Source: Methanopyrus kandleri AV19
GTDB lineage: Archaea; JAADCQ01; Methanopyri; Methanopyrales; Methanopyraceae
Length of the DNA: 32,000 nt
Direction of reading: 5' to 3'
Assembly: GCF_000007185.1 (NCBI RefSeq)
Contig: NC_003551.1
Location: 30,001 to 62,000, forward strand
Positions 18,301 through 25,067 of the stretch are shown here, piece by piece. Every line of letters begins with the position of its first letter. Within the stretch, counting starts at the first letter, position 1. The translations under genes and the position numbers were made by a program. A model generated the notes under the pieces. It was not told where the DNA came from and made no database searches. It worked only from the letters and a program-made list of their open reading frames with translations.

Positions 18301-19032
18301 TGGGACGTGTTCAAGCACCTCGAGATAAAGCTAGGAGAGCTCCCATCGGGCTCCAGGATCGAGGTGAGGCTGGACATCCCGAGCGGGGTAGAAGTAGTAG
18401 ATTTCCGGCGCACGTTCGACGAGGATTCCTCGGTCAGGTCCAGGTCGGTGAGACTGCGCCGAGAAGGCGACGAGTACGTGGTGCGTACTCGCATCAGTCG
18501 TGGCGGCGACGTGACGTATACCGCGACGCTTCTGGATCCGAACAGGAAGCTCGGAGACAGGAACGGAGTGCGACCGGAGCTTGTGCGTGTACGCGCGTCC
18601 GTCAACGGTGAGCCGGTCGATCCGAACGTCAAGCTGGAGCCGATGACGTGGCTGAGCGCTGGTCGAGTTCAAACCCCAGTGCTCGGATGGATCATAGATA
18701 GAGCCCGAGAATACCGTGAGACCGAGTTCTACGCGTGTCGCGCGGAGGTTCCGGCGGACGACGTGACCATCCGTGCATTGATCGAGGAACTGAAGGTACC
18801 GCGAGCTCTGACGGAGAAGTTGGACGAAGCCACGATCCGAGTGCTGTCCAAGATCGCGGAGGAGGGTCCTGACGCTGAGTTCTCCGAGGAAGAGGTAGGC
18901 CGGTTCACAGAGACCGAGCTGTTCGAACGGAAGGACGGACGCTACAGGCTCTCAGAGGAGGGGCGGAAGGTGCTGGAATCCGAAGGGGTCATAGGGCTGA
19001 TGCTGCACCTCGCGGGGGTCTCCGGTAGGTGA
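15367..19032 (+). CDS. rgyB: reverse gyrase large subunit (helicase-like domain plus N-terminal part of the topoisomerase IA domain), RgyB type
   Basis: N-terminal zinc finger CVLCGGDC...CERC, Walker A APTGTGKT, DDVD box, Toprim (IVESPNKA, GTDPDTEGEKI) and the topo-IA motif SAGRVQTPVLGWII. The ORF then ends without any (Y)RTDS catalytic-tyrosine motif. Start placed at ATG 15367 (1221 codons), because the track's upstream extension overlaps taw3. Confidence 0.9.
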   Translation: MVLKRAADMVPKGFRDLVEPILDDCADLEELADRVVETEMEPDEVRRRDVGNTDSNEPVAIFGSSCVLCGGDCSSVRLTSRIGICERCLPVDTETLREVLKEARKRHGYVGEALLMFILVERYSPDRVEEFFRRYVWPELFTEIVDRVFDRATGFRLYSAQRVWTRRLVKGCSFSILAPTGTGKTSWGSLVAAVFGHAGRRVYYLVPTTTLVRQVENRIKGFARDAELDVDVVAYHAAMPTQAKREALERISSGDFDVLITTAQFLVHRVEDLEKLNFDLILVDDVDAIIRGTGRNVDRVLRVAGLEQEEIDSAYRLATLRRRYYSLRDWLRSLEDRGDKRAERVREELREVEREIEELEELLKRVKKERDLARIVFMSATGAAAPSRRLAVVRELFDFEVGAGGEGLRNIQDIAVISEPSPEAVERIVRKAGVKGGLIFVPQRLPGEKKAREIVEELAEHLRSSGIEARAIHAGTPAEEREEAIDGFSEGDVDVLVAVASPYGVIVRGLDLPQAARYAVFYGVPRQRIRLTPREEDLKDPTYVASALSNLARLLDDRRARSRLEGVAGRLWRIIRRGTWIRERLEEAVEPLSLNTLMKLAKRDPEDIAEQLDVDRWLARHVQTLAEGVRELTRLLGDPDRVKALAEEATTVAVYEEGEEAYLEVPDLRTYIQASGRVSRLFAGGVTFGLSFVLCPEDERELRTLNGLIRRMSYTYGSEFEWRSYPKSLDMKEIGLELKEISDEELEELVRKVDEDRERVRKVLAGELKPEETGRLARSALMIVESPNKARMIASLFSQRPSRRRLNGGVAYEAAADGLHLTVVATQGHVADLVEEPGVHGVLRIDERWVPMYDVLGRCSECGEQVVGSEECPNCGGEVELKTPLLESIRELASEADVILIGTDPDTEGEKIGWDVFNYLGWTTAQVYRTEFHEVTRRGISEALKEESWKNVDAGRVSAQILRRVADRWIGFSLSQDLWDVFKHLEIKLGELPSGSRIEVRLDIPSGVEVVDFRRTFDEDSSVRSRSVRLRREGDEYVVRTRISRGGDVTYTATLLDPNRKLGDRNGVRPELVRVRASVNGEPVDPNVKLEPMTWLSAGRVQTPVLGWIIDRAREYRETEFYACRAEVPADDVTIRALIEELKVPRALTEKLDEATIRVLSKIAEEGPDAEFSEEEVGRFTETELFERKDGRYRLSEEGRKVLESEGVIGLMLHLAGVSGR

Positions 19033-19949
19033 TCCGCGCGATCGCCACTGTGGACGAGAACGCTTCCTACATCGCGTTCGTGGAGACGCCGTCTGCCAAC
19101 GAGAAGCTGCTAGACGTAATGTCTCGCGAGAAATGGCGGGAACTCGGTATGTTCGTGCTGGATCATCACGGGCAGTTGTCCGAGGAACCGTCGGCTGTGG
19201 CTCAGGCTTACGAGATCGTGAAAGAGCATACCGAGTTTCCGCTGGTGCGAAAGGTCGTCATCGAGCCGCCGGTGGATGCGGATATGGTGGCCGCGGTGCT
19301 GCTGCTGAAGCAGGGGCCGGTACTCCCAGAGGAGGACGTCGAAGTGCTCGACAAGATCGACCGGTTCGGGAAACACTATCCGTCGGATGAGGAGCTCGAG
19401 AGTGCTGAGTACGCGCTGGCGATCATGCAAGCCGTGGCCGAGGTAGTGAAGAAGCCGTACCCGGACAACCCGGAAGAGCTGAAGGAGACGTTCAAGAAAG
19501 CCCTGAGGACCGTAGAACGCGTTGTGGACGATGAGAAGTATCGGGAGAAGCTAGCATCGAAGTGGCTGGAGGAGTTCCGGAAGTCCGTACGGGAGGCCGA
19601 GGAGAGTACGGAAGTGATCGAGGAGGGAGAGGTAGAGGTGGGAAACGACAGGATAAGGTGGTGCGCGGCTATCTCGGAGGCGCAGAACGCCTTCACGTAT
19701 CTGTACCGTGAAGGGTACGATCTAGTGGTCCTCTACTCTCCCGTGATGAAGCGGGTGACCGTGGGGCTCGCCGATCCCGAATTACCCATCGACCTGCGGG
19801 AGTTGTTCGAGTACCTGAACGAGCATCACCGCGAGGGTTGGGGTGGTCGGAAGAACATCGGAGGCTCACCGAAGAACTACGAGATCGACGAGGAGGAGTT
19901 CAAGGACATCGTCTCCTTCATCCACGAGTGGCTTCTAAGGTTTTCATGA
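19029..19949 (+). CDS. hypothetical acidic protein translationally coupled to rgyB; contains an isolated DHH tripeptide
   Basis: 306 aa. Its GTG start overlaps the rgyB stop (GTGA at 19029-19032). Contains VLDHHGQ and, near the C-terminus, GWGGRKNIGGSP, which only weakly resemble DHH/DHHA1 motifs. No DxD motif I is present. Confidence 0.65.
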   Translation: MIRAIATVDENASYIAFVETPSANEKLLDVMSREKWRELGMFVLDHHGQLSEEPSAVAQAYEIVKEHTEFPLVRKVVIEPPVDADMVAAVLLLKQGPVLPEEDVEVLDKIDRFGKHYPSDEELESAEYALAIMQAVAEVVKKPYPDNPEELKETFKKALRTVERVVDDEKYREKLASKWLEEFRKSVREAEESTEVIEEGEVEVGNDRIRWCAAISEAQNAFTYLYREGYDLVVLYSPVMKRVTVGLADPELPIDLRELFEYLNEHHREGWGGRKNIGGSPKNYEIDEEEFKDIVSFIHEWLLRFS

Positions 19950-20835
19950 ACGACCTGTAAAGACGGTCTAAGAACTCCACGGAGTCCGCGCCAACCTCGA
20001 GCCTCAACCACTCCAGACCATGCGCCACCTTGCCGCGTAAAGTGGTCCCGTACGGTTTGGAGTACGGGCAATCGGACTCGAAAATCGGGAGACCTACTTC
20101 TCCCGGTATCAGCCTCGTCCAGACCTCCGGAACGCGGATCATCGGACGCACTATGGTGGTTTCCGGGAAGTCGTAGTCCACATACTCGGATCTCATTCCA
20201 CCCAGCTCCTCAACGGGTCGCAGGATGTTCAGCCCTTCACCTTTGATCGCTGAAGCCATGGCGGTGACGATAGCGTCGTCCAAGGTATGGGCCAACACCA
20301 GCTTATCTCCACGTTCCCGAAGCTCTCGACGGCGAATCAAGGAGCAAATCAGGCAGGGAGACTCACCGTGTTCTTCGGCGAGCTCGCCGACGTCTTCCCT
20401 CGGTTCCACGTACTCCAGTTGGAAACCGAGAGACCTGCATATTTCCTCGCAGACTTCCCGACCCTCACGGCCCCAGATGGGATCTCCATGGAGCCTAGTT
20501 TCTACAAGGACCGGTCGAATACGAAGCCCCAGCCGTCGGGTTAACGGCTCAAGCATGAGGAGGCATGTAACGCTGTCTTTACCGCCACTGAAGCCGACGA
20601 CGACCTCCTCCCGAGGTTCGAATAGGTCGTAATCGGTCACGACTTGGTGAAATCTCGAGGAAGCTCGCTCGACGACCTTAGAGCGGACGACCTTTATACC
20701 CTCTCTCCTCAGCTCCTCCCGCCGCGAGACCGTGAGACCGGCCCTCCTCGGGTTCAGCGCGACCACAGTATCATCCAAAATCGCGACGTAGCGGGGATCC
20801 ACGCCAACGTCTCGGAGTATCTCCTCGACGTCCAA
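19918..20835 (-). CDS. PP-loop ATPase, TtcA/NcsA-like tRNA thiolation enzyme
   Basis: 305 aa with the PP-loop FSGGKDS, plus CLICSLIRRRELRE and AHTLDD as in TtcA-type enzymes. The 3' end overlaps the convergent gene by 32 nt. Confidence 0.8.
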   Translation of the reverse strand: MDVEEILRDVGVDPRYVAILDDTVVALNPRRAGLTVSRREELRREGIKVVRSKVVERASSRFHQVVTDYDLFEPREEVVVGFSGGKDSVTCLLMLEPLTRRLGLRIRPVLVETRLHGDPIWGREGREVCEEICRSLGFQLEYVEPREDVGELAEEHGESPCLICSLIRRRELRERGDKLVLAHTLDDAIVTAMASAIKGEGLNILRPVEELGGMRSEYVDYDFPETTIVRPMIRVPEVWTRLIPGEVGLPIFESDCPYSKPYGTTLRGKVAHGLEWLRLEVGADSVEFLDRLYRSFMKTLEATRG

Positions 20836-20861
20836 CGCTCTACCCCCGGGGGACGGGTGAG

Positions 20862-21494
20862 ATGTCCCTAACGATGCTGATGTTCTTACTCAACGTCCTG
20901 GCCTACGTGCTCAGCGTAGGACCGGATGGGATCATCCGACCTGACGTACTGTACAGCTACGGACTATACCTCCACAACATCACGGTTCATCCTGAATGTT
21001 TGATTACTTACATGTTCCTTCACGCGAATCTCATCCATTTATTGTTCAACATGCTAGGATTATTGACATTCGGAGTGCAACTAGAGCGTGTACTCTCTAC
21101 ATCAGAGTTCCTCGTACTTTATTTACTGTCCGGGTTAATGGGTGGACTGGCGCAGACTGCGCTAACGCCGGATGTTCCTGTAGTGGGTGCATCCGCGGCC
21201 ATCTTCGGATTACTCGGGTGCCTCACGATGCTAAGACCGATGAGTATGATGATGTTCCTGTTCATCCCGATGCCTTTGGCGTTATTCGCCGTCCTTTACG
21301 CGGCACTAGCTCTATTCGTGATCCAATCGGGGGTCGTCACGCAAGTGGCGCACGCAGGCCATCTCGTAGGGATGATAGTCGGAGGGGTGCTGGCACTACT
21401 CTACAGGCCGAGTGAAGCCTTGAAGGGGCTACTGGCGGTAGCAGCGATCACCGCACTGCTATTGGCGGGCTACTGGTTCCTGACCCACCCCTGA
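20862..21494 (+). CDS. rhomboid-family intramembrane serine protease
   Basis: 210 aa, polytopic. Contains HANLIHLLFNM, the catalytic GASAAIFGLLG (GxSxxxxG) and AHAGHLVGMIVG (catalytic His). Confidence 0.9.
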   Translation: MSLTMLMFLLNVLAYVLSVGPDGIIRPDVLYSYGLYLHNITVHPECLITYMFLHANLIHLLFNMLGLLTFGVQLERVLSTSEFLVLYLLSGLMGGLAQTALTPDVPVVGASAAIFGLLGCLTMLRPMSMMMFLFIPMPLALFAVLYAALALFVIQSGVVTQVAHAGHLVGMIVGGVLALLYRPSEALKGLLAVAAITALLLAGYWFLTHP

Positions 21495-21504
21495 TAGGGG
21501 CGAA

Positions 21505-21516
21505 ATGTTTATTATC
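21505..21516 (+). promoter_or_regulatory. TATA box of tRNA-Ala
   Basis: atgTTTATTATc is centred about 35 nt upstream of the mature 5' end at 21546. Confidence 0.5.
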
Positions 21517-21545
21517 ACCTTGATGTTCGGGTGCCTATGGACGAA

Positions 21546-21622
21546 GGGCCCGCAGCTCAGCCTGGCAGAGCGCGGCCTTGGCGCGGCCGTGGCCCCGGGT
21601 TCAAATCCCGGCGGGTCCACCA
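21546..21622 (+). tRNA. tRNA-Ala (anticodon GGC), G3:U70 present, CCA encoded, C at position 8
   Basis: Hand fold: GGGCCCG-CA-GCUC-AGCCUGGCA-GAGC-G-CGGCC-UUGGCGC-GGCCG-UGGCC-CCGGG-UUCAAAU-CCCGG-CGGGUCC-A-CCA. Confidence 0.9.
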
Positions 21623-21627
21623 CCACT

Positions 21628-21652
21628 AATTGTTACGAGAAACGTTACAATT
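21628..21652 (+). terminator. AT-rich trailer hairpin after tRNA-Ala
   Basis: AATTGTtAC-gagaaac-GTtACAATT, 8 bp with one U-U mismatch, starting 6 nt after the CCA. Confidence 0.45.
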
Positions 21653-21690
21653 ACCACATCGGACGGCCCCGCCCCCGGAGCACCGGCCCG

Positions 21691-21703
21691 AAAGATTAAT
21701 AAG
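21691..21703 (+). promoter_or_regulatory. TATA box of tRNA-Ile
   Basis: aaagATTAATaag is centred about 37 nt upstream of 21735. Confidence 0.5.
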
Positions 21704-21734
21704 TTCGTAAGGGGAGGGCCAGCAGCTGGGAGGA

Positions 21735-21812
21735 GGGCCCGCAGCTCAGCCAGGTTAGAGCGCGGGGCTGATAACCCCGAGGTCCCGGGTTCAAATCCCG
21801 GCGGGCCCACCA
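21735..21812 (+). tRNA. tRNA-Ile (anticodon GAU), CCA encoded, C at position 8
   Basis: Hand fold: GGGCCCG-CA-GCUC-AGCCAGGUUA-GAGC-G-CGGGG-CUGAUAA-CCCCG-AGGUC-CCGGG-UUCAAAU-CCCGG-CGGGCCC-A-CCA. Confidence 0.9.
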
Positions 21813-21818
21813 CCACTA

Positions 21819-21841
21819 ATTGTTACGAGAACCATAACAAT
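21819..21841 (+). terminator. AT-rich trailer hairpin after tRNA-Ile
   Basis: ATTGTTA-cgagaacca-TAACAAT, a perfect 7-bp stem starting 7 nt after the CCA. Confidence 0.45.
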
Positions 21842-21990
21842 AGATCCGACGGGCGAGTCACCTGGCGTCCACCCCGGACCGCTGGGTATCAGTGACCGAA
21901 GACGCAGGTGCTCACCTGATATTAAAAGGGGAGCCGAAAGGCGGCAGGAGTTTGCCGGAAAGCCTTGCCGGATAAAAGTGGGGGAAATCA

Positions 21991-23284
21991 ATGGCGGCCG
22001 AAAGCATAGCTAAGGCCGTGCACGATGTGCTAGCGACGTGGGGTGCCCAAGGACCGGGTGCGATCTTCTTCCTAGTATGGGCAGCCGTGTTAGTCGTCGG
22101 AATGCAGTTAGGTTTCATGTTCCTAGAAGCAGGCCAGGTACGGACGAAGAACGTCGTCAGCGTCCTGATGAAGAACCTGCTAGACTTGTCGCTCGGAGGT
22201 ATTGTCTTCATCTTCTTCGGATTCGCACTGGCCTTCCCGGACTACGCGCAGAGCATCGGCAAGTGGATTGCCACCATGTTCACGGCGAACCCGTGGAGCG
22301 CCGATCCGATGAAGGCCGCCGATCCCTACAACCTAGCGTACTGCTTCTTCCAGTTCGCGTTCTGCGCCACGGCGGCGACCATCGTCTCGGGAGCCGTCGC
22401 CGAGCGGATCAACTTCAAGGCGTGCCTGGTGATGACGGTGCTAATCACGGGGCTACTGTACCCGATCTTCGTGCTGTGGACGTGGGGCGGCGGCTGGATG
22501 GGCGGCGACACCGGCCTGTTCGCCAAGGTCTTCGGACAGCCGTACCACGACTTCGCCGGATCGACCGTGGTGCACGCGATCGGAGGTTTCCTGGCGATGG
22601 CCGCCGCCTACCTGCTGGGTCCGAGGATCGGGAGGTTCAAGAACGGCAAGCCTGTGCCGATCCCGGGGCACAACATCCCGCAGGCGTTCCTGGGAGCGCT
22701 TTTCCTGGCGATTACCTGGTACGGTTTCAACGTAGGTAGCTCGGCGGTGCTCTACGACCCGACGAACGAGTCGTGGATCAGCTCGTTAGTGGCCACTCGC
22801 GATGTGTGGTGGAGCCGCGGCGGCCGCCTTCACGACGAGGTTCGACCCACTCTGGGCAGCCAACGGTCTGATCGCGGGACTGGTCGCGATCTGCGCCGGA
22901 TGTGACATCATGAGTCCGTTTGGAGCCCTGCTCACGGGTATCGTGGCGGGACTGATCATCAAGCCGGCGTTCCGACTGCTGGAGAAGCTGGAGATCGACG
23001 ACGTGGTCGCCGCGTGTCCGGTACACGGATTCGCGGGCGTTTGGGGAGCGATCGCGGCCGGAATCTTCGGAGCTGAAGCTCTAGGCGGCGCCGGTGGTGT
23101 GAGCCTAGCCGCGCAGATCGTCGGTGCTCTCGTGTGCATAGCCTGGGCGCTGGGCTCAGGATTTGCGACCTTCTACGTGATCGACAAGGTGATCGGGCTG
23201 AGAGCGACGGAAGAGGAGGAGAAAGGTCTGGACGAGACCGAGTTCGGCGTCAGCGCCTACCCGTACATGGAGACCAGGGATTGA
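21991..23284 (+). pseudogene. amt: ammonium transporter Amt interrupted by a +1 frameshift near 22790-22806 (two ORFs: 21991-22905 and 22802-23284)
   Basis: ORF1 carries the Amt N-terminal and central motifs (AFCATAATIVSGAVAERI, HDFAGSTVVHAIGG) up to ...WISSLVAT, then degenerates into an Arg/Gly-rich tail. ORF2, one frame over, continues with Amt sequence (GGAAAAAFTTRFDPLWAANGLIAGLVAICAGC..DDVVAACPVHGFAGVWGAI). The ORF2 frame is closed by TAG at 22787-22789, so the shift must lie within about 17 nt. The combined length of about 430 aa is normal for Amt. Confidence 0.8.
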
Positions 23285-23299
23285 ACGAGCTGGGGGTGA

Positions 23300-23659
<360 letters not shown>

Positions 23660-23682
23660 TCGATTTCTTCCCCCTCCGCCGT

Positions 23683-23707
23683 AATCGTTACTGGTTCAAT
23701 AACGATT
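23683..23707. terminator. AT-rich hairpin between convergent glnK and taw1 (same family as the tRNA trailers)
   Basis: AATCGTTA-ctggttcaa-TAACGATT, a perfect 8-bp stem. Confidence 0.45.
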
Positions 23708-23734
23708 GTCGCATGCGGGAGGCCGGGAGCTCAG

Positions 23735-24652
23735 CTAGGAGCTCAGAAGCGCCACTCGGCTGGGTGGTGACTCGTCGACTAGCTCGAATCCCGCGTGCTC
23801 CGCGATCTCCGCCGCGAACTTCCGTACCTCTTCGTGCGAGGGCATGTTGTCCGGCGACATCCGGAAGGCCGCCCATCCCACGCACATGAACGCCTTCACT
23901 TCGACATAGTCCGGCTCGACGTCGGCCAGCAGTTCACCGAACTCCTCGGCGGTCCCCTCCATGTTCCAGCCTTTAATCGCAGTGATGCGGATCACCGTCC
24001 GGCAGGAGAGGGAATTCAGTAACTCCAACGTCCTCATGATCCGGTCCCAGGAGTCCGGAATCGTAGGTCTATTGATCTGACGATGTAGCTCCTCGTTCGG
24101 TGAATCCAAGGACACGTACAGCTGTGTCGGCTCACGTTCCAGTTCCTCCACTCGGTCGGGTCGCAGCCCGTTGGTTACCAGGAACGTAGTGTCAAACCCA
24201 TGGGAATGAAAAGCGTCGATCAGTTCGCCGATTCTTGGGTACAGGGTGGGTTCACCTGCGAGACTGATCGCGGCGTGTCTGGGCTCGAGGGATTCTTTCC
24301 AGCGTTTACGAGCTTCACCTTCGAGGTGCCCGTACCCTTGGAGGAAGCGTCGCTGTTGCTCTACGCTCTCCTCTACGATCAGGTCGGGATCGTCCGGATC
24401 GGGTACATCGTGAGTTCCTACGGTGAGTTCGACCGGTCTCCAGCAGTACACGCAGCGCTGCTGACACCAAGCTACCGTAGGAGTCATCTGAAGGCACCGA
24501 TGACTCTCCACCCCGTAGAATTTCGCCTTGTAGCAGTGCCTACCGTTCTTAATCGCTTCCCGGCACCAGTGACACGGCTTGACCGCGGAATGCTTCCCGA
24601 CTAGACCATAACCCTGCTTACGGAGGACCTTCAATACGTCCGCGTGTAGCAA
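23735..24652 (-). CDS. taw1: Taw1 (TYW1 homologue), radical-SAM 4-demethylwyosine synthase
   Basis: 305 aa with CYKAKFYGVESHRCLQMTP and the radical-SAM cluster CQQRCVYCWRP, both typical of archaeal Taw1. TTG start, preceded by GGGGGTGATC (SD-like) 5 nt upstream. Confidence 0.85.
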   Translation of the reverse strand: MLHADVLKVLRKQGYGLVGKHSAVKPCHWCREAIKNGRHCYKAKFYGVESHRCLQMTPTVAWCQQRCVYCWRPVELTVGTHDVPDPDDPDLIVEESVEQQRRFLQGYGHLEGEARKRWKESLEPRHAAISLAGEPTLYPRIGELIDAFHSHGFDTTFLVTNGLRPDRVEELEREPTQLYVSLDSPNEELHRQINRPTIPDSWDRIMRTLELLNSLSCRTVIRITAIKGWNMEGTAEEFGELLADVEPDYVEVKAFMCVGWAAFRMSPDNMPSHEEVRKFAAEIAEHAGFELVDESPPSRVALLSS

Positions 24653-25028
24653 CCTAGATCACCCCCGAACGGCCTTTCCCGTCCGAAAAAATTCCCGGCT
24701 TAACAGTAGTCATCATGAGGTCGGTCGCATTCACTCGGGAAGTTACCACGGCTTTCCTCAATGATAATAACGTGGTCGGATGGGTAACACGATCTTGCCA
24801 ACATCGGTGATCCGCTCGGGCGGCTGCTCGTAAGATTCGAAGTCGAGTTGAACGGGATTATTCTGTTGTTCATGTTAAGGTTAGGATAACGTCCGCTCGC
24901 TACCACGGAGGGGGTACCGGCTGTACGTATATGCGAGAATCGGCTTGATTTCATCGAGGAATTACGCGTCGTGAGGAGGCACTAAGTATGAGGTAACCGG
25001 TCATCCGATCGGCGTCGGCGCACGTAAC

Positions 25029-25040
25029 CCTTATATATTC
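25029..25040 (+). promoter_or_regulatory. TATA box of tRNA-Trp
   Basis: ccTTATATATtc is centred about 33 nt upstream of 25068. Confidence 0.6.
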
Positions 25041-25067
25041 TGTCCTATGTCGCCCACCCTCGGGAAC

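Noticed and set aside
21596-21841. About 45-70-nt direct repeats comprising the tRNA 3' half plus trailer (tRNA-Ala versus tRNA-Ile), considered as att sites of an integrated element.
   Set aside because: The repeats are only 190 bp apart and enclose nothing but the tRNA-Ile promoter and 5' half. No integrase or foreign-looking genes are nearby. The shared T-arm is also found in tRNA-Gly and tRNA-Trp. The repeats are better explained as a conserved trailer element or local duplication.
22802-23284. Treating the second amt ORF as an independent, intact gene.
   Set aside because: It begins in the middle of a transmembrane region of the Amt fold and overlaps ORF1 by 104 nt. ORF1's last ~35 residues are non-homologous read-through. 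A single frameshift in one gene is the simpler explanation, although expression as a split protein is not excluded.
24700-24954. An 84-aa ORF (minus strand) in the long taw1 / tRNA-Trp spacer.
   Set aside because: Its composition (nearly no Glu/Asp, many Ser/Asn/Pro) is unlike every confident protein in this window. There is no SD or TATA at the right distance. The spacer itself is kept as a finding.
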